From contig CAVSKE010000028.1 of the NCBI GenBank assembly GCA_963728305.1, forward strand, positions 73,064-137,063: DNA of 64,000 nt, read 5' to 3'. The DNA is from an uncultured Acidobacteriota bacterium. GTDB taxonomy: Bacteria > Acidobacteriota > Vicinamibacteria > Vicinamibacterales > UBA2999. The notes beneath the pieces are model-generated. The model did no database searches, had not been told where the DNA came from, and was given only the letters and a program-made list of their open reading frames with translations. The position numbers and the translations under genes were made by a program. Below are positions 45,153-55,070 of the stretch, piece after piece (position 1 is the first letter of the stretch; every line of letters begins with the position of its first letter).

Positions 45153-46895
45153 TGGACACAGACGCTGCTCGTCGAACCTCGTGGCCTACAGCGCACAGGT
45201 GGCGCTCCTCGTGGTGGTCGGCGCTGGACTGGCCGCGCTCGTTCGCGTCGACGCGGCTGGCGTGCGCTACCTCTATTGGCGCGGCGCTGCTGGCGCTCTG
45301 TCTCGTCGCTGCCGTGGCTGCAGGTTCGCCGCCACGTGGTTGTGCCGATCGGCGACCTCGTGCCGGTCGCGTTGACGGCGGCGCCGAGCCTGTCGAATGA
45401 TGCGCCGGCCGTGACAGTCACCGCCGCGCTGACCGATTGGGTCTCGCTCGCTGGATGGATGCTGGTTGCCGGCGTCGTCTGTCGCCTGTGCTGGGTTGGG
45501 ATTGGTTTGTGGCGACTTCGCCGACTGAGACAGGCAGGGACCATCGCCAGCCCGTGCGCCATCCACGACGAGGCGCAGGAGCTGGTTCGGGCGCGGGCGG
45601 AGATTCGCTATGTCCGGAGCGGTCAGCCGGTGACGTTCGGATTCAGGCGTCCGGTCGTTCTCCTTCCTGAGATGCTCCGCACGCAGTCCGAGCAGATTCA
45701 GCAAGTGGTGCTCTGTCATGAGCTCTTTCACGTGCGGCGGCGCGACTGGGTGTGGGTCGTCGCTGAAGAGATCGTGAAAGCGGTGTTGTGGTTTCACCCG
45801 GCGGTGCTGTGGTTGATCTCGCGGGTCCGGCTGGCGCGCGAGGAAGTAGTGGACGAGTTGACGGTGCTCGCGACGTCGCAGCGCCGTGCCTACATCGAAG
45901 CCTTGCTGGTGTTTGCAGATTCGCCGAGCTCAGGCGCCGGCCGCGGCGTTCGCTCGCCGTCGGCACCTGTTCAGGCGGATGGTGTTGATTTCGAAGGAGG
46001 CAGTCATGTCGTCGAGACGAATCCTCGTATCGGTGGCGACGATGATGGCACTCATCGCCGTAGGCGTGTGGTCTGCCGTGTCGATATTTCCGCTCACCCA
46101 GACGGTGATTGCGCAAGGGCGGGCGGGTGCGACGTCCCTTGCCGCGGTGGCGGCTCAGGGCGAGGTGGGTCCCCTGGAACGGCAGGCCAAGCCGATCACG
46201 CCGGAGAACCCGATCCCGCGCCGGACGTTCTCGGTGCTGCCACAGAATCCTCCGGCTGATGCAAGTGGTGTGGTGATGGTCTCGGTGCGTGTCGTGGTCG
46301 ATCGGCAGGGACGAGTCGCCGAGGCGCGCAGCACCGGTGGTGCTCGCGGCGGACGCGGCGCGACCCAGCCAGCCGGTTGCTCCGCCGAGCGAGTCGTTTA
46401 CCAAGGCGGCGATCGATGCGGTGCGGCAGTGGCAGTACGATCCGCCGGCCGATGGTCCGATCGCGTTCGACGTGACCTTCGCGTTCATGCCTGGTGCGGA
46501 GCCGCGTCTGATGATGCACGGCGCGGCGCCGGGATTCGCCGCTAGCTCGTCAGTCAGGAATTCCGCCAGCGCCTCCACCGCCACCGCCGCCTCCTGGCTG
46601 GGCCGCGAACGCCGTCCGCGTCGGAGGGAACATCAGGGCGCCGGTGAAGACGAAACACGTGGCGCCGGTCTATCCGCCTGTCGCGCAATCCGCCGCCGTG
46701 CAGGGGGTCGTCATCATCGAGATGATCATCGGGGGTGACGGGAAAGTGCAGGACGCTCGCGTGTTGAGGTCGATCCCACTGCTGGATCAGGCGGCACTCG
46801 ACTCCGTGAAGCAGTGGGAGTTCACGCCTACGCTCCTCAATGGGTCGCCGGTGCCGGTGATCATGACGGCCACGGTGCAGTTCACCTTGTCGTAA
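45152..46895 (+). CDS. M56 (BlaR1-type) membrane metallopeptidase fused to two TonB_C-like domains; frame-disrupted
   Basis: The ATG overlaps the BlaI stop (TGATG). The zinc motif is VVLCHELFHVRRRDWVW. Module 1 is GPLERQAKPITPENPIPRR...VVMVSVRVVVDRQGRVAEAR...AAIDAVRQWQYDPP. A poly-Pro linker follows. Module 2 is KTKHVAPVYPPVAQSAAVQGVVIIEMIIGGDGKVQDARVLRSIPLLDQAALDSVKQWEFTPT. Confidence 0.8.
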
Positions 46896-46971
46896 GCGCT
46901 GGAACACCAGTGCTGCGTCGGTGTCTAATGCGTTGCGGCCCGTGGCGAGGCTGCCTCGCGAGGACACTCCG

Positions 46972-47808
46972 ATGACGAGTCGACCACTGCAGGCGCTGTC
47001 GTTTCTGTTGGTCGCGGTCGTTGCATCCGGCGCAGTTCACGCCGCGCAGGAACTGGCGCTTGGAAGCGGTCAGCAATGGCAGATTGCCGGCGCGTTCCCT
47101 CAGAGCGCACCCGGCCCGCTCGAGCGCCAGGCGAAGCCCGTCACACCTGAGAATCCCATTCCGCGCCGGACGCGTACGGTCCGGCCACCGTATCCACCTG
47201 AAGCTGCAGTCGTCGGGGCGCGCGCAACGGTCACGCTGCGTGCGACGGTGGATCATCTCGGGACTGTCGCTGAGGTTCGAACCGTGAGGCTTCCGGTACT
47301 CGGCGCGATGGCGCCGCCGAGCCCCAGCGACGAACGAGCGTTGACGGCAGGGCTGCTTGCGCTCATTCGATCCGCCAAGGATGCAGTAGGGCAGTGGCTC
47401 TACGAGCCGCCGTCAGATGCACCGATTGCGTTCGACATCGTCATTGGCTTCACGTCGCAGGGAGACGGCGACGTGATCGCGCAGACTTCATGGAATGCGC
47501 TGGCCCCGGCCGAGGCGGAGCGGAGCGTCGGCAGTGTCCGGCGCCCATCCGGCCGGCGACGAAAGTGAAGCACGTGACCCCTGTCTATCCTGCGGCAGCG
47601 CGCGACGCGAAGATCGCGGGAGTGGTGATCCTCCAGGCGCGCATCGGGGCAGACGGACGGGTTCTCGACGCGCGAGGTGCTGCGATCGATCCCGGAGCTG
47701 GATCAGGCGGCGCTCGACGCCGTCAGGCAGTGGGAATACGTACCCCCGCTCGTGGACGGCGTGCCGACGCCGACTCTCATCGCGGTGACGGTGCAGTTCT
47801 CGCTCTAG
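46972..47808 (+). CDS. secreted twin-TonB_C-domain protein (paralog of the preceding C-terminal half); frame-disrupted
   Basis: Signal-like MTSRPLQALSFLLVAVVASGAVHA. Then GPLERQAKPVTPENPIPRR...ATVTLRATVDHLGTVAEVR...AKDAVGQWLYEPP. Then KVKHVTPVYPAAARDAKIAGVVILQARIGADGRV...LDQAALDAVRQWEYVPP. Confidence 0.7.
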
Positions 47809-47867
47809 GTGCGTTGCCGTGGGGGCTCGCGTCGAGTCTCGCCCCTCGCCTGACAACGAACGGTCGA

Positions 47868-47920
47868 CCGCTCAACGTCGAGCGGTGGCCGCTCAACGTC
47901 GAGCGGTGGCGCTCAATTGC
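47868..47920. repeat. tandem 21-nt hairpin unit x2.5 (CCGCTCAACGTCGAGCGGTGG)
   Basis: Two identical units lie at 47868-47888 and 47889-47909, with a truncated third. Each contains CCGCTC...GAGCGG. The asd stop codon (47893-47895) lies inside unit 2. Confidence 0.85.
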
Positions 47921-49054
47921 GCCGGCTGTGCGCTGGCGTTCGACTCGAGCACGATGCGCAGCATGCGGCGCAGCGGTTCGGCAGCACCCCACAATAACTG
48001 GTCGCCGACGGTGAACGCCTGCAGGTAGTCGCCGCCCATCGAGAGCTTCTTGAGACGGCCGACCGGCACCTGCAGCGTGCCGCTGACGGCGGTCGGCGTC
48101 AGGTCGCGAAGCGACTCGCCTGTTTGTCGTTCGGCACGACCTTGACCCAATCGTTCGCCGTCGCCAGCATGCGCTCGATCTCGCCGAGCGGCACGTCGCG
48201 GCGCAGCTTCACAGTGAGCGCCTGGCTGTGGCAGCGCATCGAGCCGATGCGCACGCAGATGCCGTCCATCGGGATCGGCTGCGACGACCGGCCGAGGATC
48301 TTGTTGCCTTCGGCCTGTGCCTTCCACTCCTCGCGGCTCTGACCGTTGCCGAGGTCGGCGTCGATCCATGGCAGCAGGCTGCCGGCAAGCGGGAACCCTT
48401 CGAAGTTCTTCACCGGGAACTCGGCTCCTCGCTGTGTGGCGATGACCGCGCGATCGATGTCGAGAATCGACGAGTTCGGATCGGCGAGCAGATCGGCGAC
48501 CGACGCATGCTCGATGCCCATCTGCGTGAGCAGCTCGCGCATGTGCTTGGCGCCGCCGCCCGATGCGGCCTGGTAGGTCATCGACGTCATCCACTCGATG
48601 AGGTCGGCGCGGAACAGACCGTCCATCGCCATCAGCATCAGGCTGACGGTGCAGTTGCCGCCGATGTAGTCCTTGATGCCGCGATCGAGCGCGCGATCGA
48701 TGACCGGCCGGTTCACCGGGTCGAGAATGATCACCGCATCGTCGGCCATCCGCAGGTGCCGCGCGGCGTCGATCCAGTAGCCGGTCCAGCCCGCCTTGCG
48801 CAGCTTGGGATGAATGTCGGCGGTGTACTCGCCGCCCTGGCACGAGATCAGGACGTCCATGGCCGCCAGCTCGCGGACGTCGTTGGCGTCCTTGACGGAC
48901 GGACGTTCGCTTACCGATCTCGGGCGCCGGCCGCACCCGCCTGGGAGGTGGAGAAGAAAACCGGATCAATCAGATCGAAGTCGCGCTCCTCGCGCATGCG
49001 CTGCACGAGGACCGAGCCGACCATACCGCGCCAGCCGATGATGCCTACTTGCAT
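47893..49054 (-). CDS. asd: aspartate-semialdehyde dehydrogenase; frame-disrupted
   Basis: [63 protein letters not shown] and [13 protein letters not shown]. About 3 indels are needed. Confidence 0.9.
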
Positions 49055-49145
49055 CGGTCTATTGTAGCGGTTGGGAAGAACGTTTGTAGGGGCGACGCAC
49101 GCGTCGTCCTGACGTTCTCGCACCAGGCGAGACATGCCTCGCCGC

Positions 49146-50312
49146 CTACGAAAGGATCTGCTTCGCGATCGTCTGCAGCTGCAGGTTGGACGTGCCTTCG
49201 TAGATCTGCCCAATCTTGGCGTCGCGATAGAGCTTCTCGACGGGGTAGTCCTTCACGAATCCGTTTCCGCCAAACAGGTTGACCGCCAGCGACGTCACGC
49301 GCTCGGCGACCTCCGACGAGAACAGCTTGCACATCGCGGCTTCACGCAGGAACGGGCTGCCGGCATCGCGCAGACGTGCGGCGTTGTAGACCAGCAGACG
49401 CGCCGCCTCGAGCTCGGTCGCGGCACGGGCGATCTGGAACTGAACGCCCTGGAAGTCGGCGATGGCGCTGCCGAACTGCTTGCGCTCCTTGGTGTAGCGA
49501 ATGGTGTGATCGAGCGCACCCTGCGCGAGGCCGATCATCTGCGCGCCGATGCCGATGCGTCCTTCGTTGAGCGTCTCGATCGCGACCTTGTAGCCCTTGC
49601 CAGGTTCGCCGAGGACACTTTCGCGTGGCACCTGACAGTCCTCGAAGATCAGCTCGCACGTGCTGCTGGCGCGGATTCCGAGCTTGTCTTCCTTCTTGCC
49701 GACGGTGAAGCCGGGCGTCCCGCGCTCGACGACGAACGCAGTGATGCCGCGATAGCCGGCTTCGGGATCGATCGTGGCGAAGACGATAAAGACGTCGGCC
49801 TCGTTGCCGTTCGTGATCCACAGCTTGCGGCCGGTGATGGCGATATCCGTCGCCGCGCTCCGCGGCGCGCGCGTCGTCAGCGCGAATGCATCGCTTCCGG
49901 ATCCGGCCTCTGACAACGCGTAAGCGCCGACGCTCTTCTGGGCAAGGCGGGGCAGGAGAGCCTGCTTCTGCGCGTCGCTGCCCCAGCGAAGCATCGCGTT
50001 GACGACGAGCGTGTTCTGCACGTCGACGAGAACGCCGATCGACGGATCGACGCGCGAGAGGGCTTCGACGGCGAGCACCGAGTGAAAGAAGGTGCCGCCG
50101 GCGCCGCCCTCTGCTTCGGGGATCTCGATGCCCATGACGTTGAGCTCGAACAGGCGGTCGAGCAGCGTCCGCGGGATCTTGCTCTCCTCGTCCATCTGCC
50201 GGACGAGCGGACGAATCTCCTTGTCGGCGAACTCGTAGACGCCGTCGTAAATCAGCCGTTCCTCGTCGGACAGCGTCGTCAGAGCGGCTGGGGACTCGTT
50301 CTGAACCGTCAC
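49146..50312 (-). CDS. acyl-CoA dehydrogenase (short/branched-chain type)
   Basis: Intact 388-aa ORF with [26 protein letters not shown] and [17 protein letters not shown]. Confidence 0.9.
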   Translation of the reverse strand: MTVQNESPAALTTLSDEERLIYDGVYEFADKEIRPLVRQMDEESKIPRTLLDRLFELNVMGIEIPEAEGGAGGTFFHSVLAVEALSRVDPSIGVLVDVQNTLVVNAMLRWGSDAQKQALLPRLAQKSVGAYALSEAGSGSDAFALTTRAPRSAATDIAITGRKLWITNGNEADVFIVFATIDPEAGYRGITAFVVERGTPGFTVGKKEDKLGIRASSTCELIFEDCQVPRESVLGEPGKGYKVAIETLNEGRIGIGAQMIGLAQGALDHTIRYTKERKQFGSAIADFQGVQFQIARAATELEAARLLVYNAARLRDAGSPFLREAAMCKLFSSEVAERVTSLAVNLFGGNGFVKDYPVEKLYRDAKIGQIYEGTSNLQLQTIAKQILS

Positions 50313-50390
50313 CGGCCTATTATCCTTGTGGTTCGTTGAGGCCGAGGGCGTATCACTAGAGTGCTAAGATCGCGACAAAGGCGGCGCACC

Positions 50391-52639
50391 ATGCTCAGAC
50401 TGCGACTTTCGGCCGCATTTCTCGTCTGTTTCGCGCTGGTCCAGGTCGGGACTCCGCAGCCGAATGCCGGCACTGCGAACCAGCCGACACGGCGAAGCCG
50501 GCCGCACTGCAGCCAGCCGACGCTGCGAAGCAGCCGCAAGACTGCCCAGCAACCCGACACCAGCGCCGCAGCGTCAGCCAGGTCAGCAGCAGGGCTCAGG
50601 GCCAGGGCGACGCGCAGCAGCCCGTGTTCCGCGCCGGCATCGACTTCGTCCGCGTCGACGTCATCGTCTCCGACAAGAAGGCCCAGCCGGTCACCAACCT
50701 GACGCAGGCCGACTTCGAGGTGCTCGAAGACGGCAAGCCGGTCAAGATCGAACAGTTCAAGCTGATCAAGGTTGACGGCAACGTCGACGCCGGGTGGTCC
50801 TCCGCCAAAGCAGATTCGCAATCGCAACGACGAAGAGCTCGAGGCCGCACGAGACGATGTGCGGATCTTCGTGTTCTTCATGGACGACTATCACGTGCGG
50901 AAGGCGAACTCGATGTCGGTGCGCTCGCCGCTCACCAGGTTCATCCAGCAGCAGCTGCGGCCGACCGACATGATCGGCGATCATGTATCCGCTGATGCCG
51001 GTGTCGGATCTGCTGCTGACGCGCAATCACGAGAACATCGTCAACGCGATCAACACGTTCGAGGGCCGCAAGTTCGACTACACGCCGCGCAACATCGTCG
51101 AGCAGAACTACGCGCGGTATTCGACCGATCAGGTCGAGCGCATCCGCAACGACGTGGTGATGGGCGCGCTGCAGGGCCTGGCGGTTCGACTCGGATCGCT
51201 GCGTGAGGGACGCAAGTCGATCGTCTTCGTGAGCGAGGGCTTCACGGCGATGCTGCCGCCGCAGATGCGGCGCATGGACGCGTCGCAGCCGGCCAATCCG
51301 ATCCAGACGACGGCGGCCGCGGCCGTTCGCAGGACTCGAGCGCGTGAGATCACCAGCGAGTGGTTCGGGCAGATGGACGTCTACTCGCGCCTGCGCGATG
51401 TCTACGACGTCGCCAACCGCAACAACACGGCGGTGTATTCGCTGGATCCGCGCGGGCTCGCGCTGTTCGAGTACGGGATCGACGATATCCCGTTCGGACC
51501 GCCGCCGACGCTTTGCCACCGATCGCCGCGCGCTGCAGATGACGCACGGACACGCTGCGCGTGCTCTCGGAGGAGACCGACGGCCGCGCCATCGTCAACC
51601 GCAACACGCTCGAGGCAGGGACTCGCGGAGATGGTTCGCGACTCGAGCTTCTACTATCTGCTCGGCTACACGTCGACGCAAGACCGGCGCCGACGGCAAG
51701 TTCCATCAGATCACGGTGAAGGTGAAGCGGCGTGACGTGGACGTCCGCGCGCGCAAGGGATTCTGGGCGCTGACCACCGGCCGACGTCGAGAAGATCAGG
51801 AATCCCACTCCGGAAGTGGCCAAGCCGGTGCAGACGGCGCTGGCATCGATTGCCACGTCGGTGCAGGCCGGCAAGTACGTGCGGACGTGGATCGGCACCG
51901 AGCGCGGCGAGAACGGCAAGACGCGCGTGACGCTGATCTGGGAGCCGCTGCCGCAGGTCACCGGCGCGCGACGGCCACAGCCCGGTCGCGTGTCGCTGCT
52001 CGCCGCGACGTCCGCCGGGGAATCTCGTCTTCCGCGGACGCTCGCCTGACGCCGCGCTGGCATCCGCGGCTCCGGCGGCGGCGCCCAACGACACCGGAGC
52101 CGGTGACCGGCGCGCTCTCCGTCCGCGCCGGTGGCGACGGCGCCACAGCGACTGGTGTTCGACGCACCGCCCGGGAAAGATCGAGCTGCGCATGACCGTG
52201 GAGGAGGCTGGCGTCGGCGGCACGCTCGACAGCGAGATTCGCGACATCACGGTGCCGGACTTCACGGCGCCGCAGGTCGCGCTCAGCACACCGCGCGTCT
52301 ATCGCGCACGCACCGCACGGGAGTTCCAGTCGCTGGCTGGCCGACGCGAACGCCATCCCGCAGCCGGGCCGCGAGTTCTCACGCACAGAGCGACTGTTGA
52401 TTCGATTCGATGCGTACGGTCCAGGCACTGAGAAGCCCGACGGTCACTGCCGTGCTGATGAACCGGGCCGGGCAGAAGATGTCCGACGTGCAGATCGCGC
52501 CGGCGGCCGCCGGCGCGATGCATCAGATCGATCTCGGGTCTTGCCTCGTTTCCGTCAGGCGAGTACCTGGTCGAGATCACCGCGAAGAGCGCGAACGGCG
52601 AAGCGAAGGAGCTGGTGCCCGTTCAGGCTCGGTTCGTAA
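50391..52639 (+). CDS. VWA-domain protein of the acidobacterial VWFA-related family (TIGR03436-like); heavily frame-disrupted
   Basis: Signal peptide MLRLRLSAAFLVCFALV. Family-typical FRAGIDFVRVDVIVSDKKAQPVTNLTQADFEVLEDGKPVKIEQF. Also IFVFFMDDYHV, SIVFVSEGF, AVYSLDPRGL and GKFHQITVKVKRRDVDVRARKGFWA. About 9 indels are needed. Confidence 0.8.
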
Positions 52640-52670
52640 GGCGGTTTAACCGCAGGGGTTAGATTCAGCC

Positions 52671-53870
52671 ATGTACGACGTCATCGTCGTCGGCGCGCGC
52701 TGTGCGGGCGCGCCGCTTGCGATGTTGTTGGCTCGAAACGGGGCGAAGGTCCTGCTGCTGGACCGGGCGCGTTTTCCGAGCGACATCCCACACGGCCACT
52801 TCATTCATCGACACGGCCCGCGGCGATTGAGGTCGTGGGGGCTGCTCGAGCGGCTCGAGGTGCGCACACCGCGTGTCGCCAGCATGGTTCTGGACATCGG
52901 TGATTTCCCGCTGCGCGCCAGGAACCTGATCGAGGACGGGATGGCGTGGGGATATGGTCCTCGACGCTCGACGCTCGACAAGCTGCTCGTGGATGCGGCG
53001 ATTGAAGCCGGCGCCGAGTGTCGCGACGGCGTCAACGTCACCGACTACCTGTTTGGCGATGGACGGCTGACCGGCATTCGTGGCCGCGGTCGCGAGGGCG
53101 CGGCGTTCGAAGAGCGCGCGACACTCACTGTCGGTGCGGATGGACGGCACTCCCCGCTGGCGCGTGCGGTTGATGCGCCGATGTATCAGCACGTGCCTAC
53201 CGTGCTCTGCTACTACTTCAGCTACTGGCGTGACGTGGAGACTGAGGACTTCGAACTCTACGTGCGAAGCCAGGAGCGGCGAGTCATCTTCTCGTTCAGG
53301 ACCGAGAACGGCCTCTTCGCGGTATTCGTCGGGGCGCCGATCGAAGAGCTGCCGCAGTTCCGCAGCGATATCGAGGGCGGGTTCATGCGAGCGCTGGACC
53401 TCGCACCCGACTTCGCTGCGCGGATTGGCGCCGGCCGTCGCGAGGAGCGATTCTACGGTGCGTCGGACCTGCCGAATTTCTATCGCAAGCCATACGGTCC
53501 CGGGTGGGCGCTCGTCGGCGACGCGGGTCTGCACAAGGACCCGGTCCTGGCGCTCGGCATCTGCGATGCGTTTCGCGATGTCGATTTGTTGGCAATCGCG
53601 ATAGGCGACGGCCTTGCTGGCCGACGTCCGATGGAAGATGCGCTGGCCGACTACGAATCGAAGCGGAATGCCGCTTCGGCTGCCGATTTCGATCAGAACA
53701 TTGCCGAGGCGCGATTTCCCACCCCGCCGCCTCGCACGTTCGCGCTGCGTGCGGCGGTGCGCGACAGGCCAGAGGAAGCGACGCGGATGATCAAGGCACG
53801 GAACGGCATGATCGATCCCGCATCCTTTTTTGATCCCGAGAATATTTCGCGACTGCTCGCGGGTACGTAG
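52671..53870 (+). CDS. FAD-dependent oxidoreductase/monooxygenase
   Basis: Intact 399-aa ORF with the dinucleotide fold MYDVIVVGARCAGAPLAMLLARNGAKVLLLDR, plus VGADGRHSPLA and ALVGDAG. Confidence 0.85.
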   Translation: MYDVIVVGARCAGAPLAMLLARNGAKVLLLDRARFPSDIPHGHFIHRHGPRRLRSWGLLERLEVRTPRVASMVLDIGDFPLRARNLIEDGMAWGYGPRRSTLDKLLVDAAIEAGAECRDGVNVTDYLFGDGRLTGIRGRGREGAAFEERATLTVGADGRHSPLARAVDAPMYQHVPTVLCYYFSYWRDVETEDFELYVRSQERRVIFSFRTENGLFAVFVGAPIEELPQFRSDIEGGFMRALDLAPDFAARIGAGRREERFYGASDLPNFYRKPYGPGWALVGDAGLHKDPVLALGICDAFRDVDLLAIAIGDGLAGRRPMEDALADYESKRNAASAADFDQNIAEARFPTPPPRTFALRAAVRDRPEEATRMIKARNGMIDPASFFDPENISRLLAGT

Positions 53871-53915
53871 TGCATACGCAGTTGCGATGATCGGTCATCG
53901 AACGTTCGGGTAGGC

Positions 53916-55045
53916 GTGGGAACAGAGGCATGGCCGAGGTCAACGCGCGTGCAGGGCGGAGCGTTGTGGGGCGACGTCGATCGCGAGACGCAGGCCTTCG
54001 GTCTCGTCGTGCCCGGTGGCGTCGTCTCGGAAACAGGCGTGGCGGGGCTGACGCTCGGTGGCGGCGAGGGCTGGGTCCGTCGCAAGTACGGCCTCACGAT
54101 CGACAGCCTTCTCTCGGCGCGGGTCGTCTGCGCGGACGGGTCCGTGCGCACGGCGTCGCCGATCGTCAGAGCCCGATCTGTTCTGGGCGCTCGCGCGGCG
54201 GCGGCGGGAACTTCGGCATCGTCACGTCGTTCGAGTTTCGCGCGCATCCGCTCGGGCCGATCGTCGCGTTCGCCGGCGTTTTCTATCCGGTCGCCGATGC
54301 GCCGCAGATCCTTCCGCGCTGGCGCGACTACTGTGTGGACGCGCCCGACGAGGTCACGTCGGTGGCGTTGGCGATCACGATGCCGGCCGCCCCGCACCTG
54401 CCGCGCGGCGATTCACAACCGGGCCTGCCTGATCATCGGCGGCGTGTACGTCGGAGACGCCCGAAGAGGGCATGCGGGTGATGCAGCCGCTGCGCGAGCT
54501 GGGAACGCCGTTGGCCGACATCTCGCAGCCGATGCCGTTCACGGCCGTGCAGATCGGCGTTCGATCCGGCTCTTCCCGATGGGCAAGCTCCAGAGCTACT
54601 GGAAGGCTCAGAATCTCGCGGGTCTGTCCGACGAGGCGATCCGCGTCATCGCGGCCCGGGCGAACCAGCGACCATCGCCGCTCACGCTCGTCGTGACCTT
54701 CCAGATGGGAGGCGCCATCAACACGGTCGGTGCGACCGACACTGCCTACGCCGAGCGCTCGGCGCCCTGGATGTCGTCGATCGACGGCAACTGGGAGAAC
54801 GCGGCCGACAACGAGGCCAACATCGCCTGGGTGCGCGAGAGCTTCAATCAGATCGCGCCCTACTCCAGCGGAACGACCTACACGAACTTCACCGGACAGG
54901 CGGACGAGACCGCCGGGGCGCTGGCGGCAACGGCGTACGGCGCGAACATGGCGCGGCTGCGGCCGGATCAAGGCGCGAGTACGACCCGGACAACTTCTTC
55001 CGTCTGAACCCGAACGTCGTTCCAGCGACGGCGGCCACGACGTAA
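53916..55045 (+). pseudogene. FAD-linked oxidase (BBE/PCMH family) lacking its N-terminal FAD-binding subdomain; also frame-disrupted
   Basis: Homology begins abruptly at ..[43 protein letters not shown]. It continues through [15 protein letters not shown] to the BBE-like end [21 protein letters not shown]. The about 100 aa normally preceding this are absent, and only 45 nt separate it from the upstream stop. Confidence 0.65.
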
Positions 55046-55070
55046 CGGCGATTTTCTCTGGCGTACTCAT

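Noticed and set aside
47868-47920. Possible CRISPR array (identical direct repeats containing a palindrome)
   Set aside because: The units are directly adjacent with no spacers. There are only 2.5 copies of 21 nt and no cas genes in the window.
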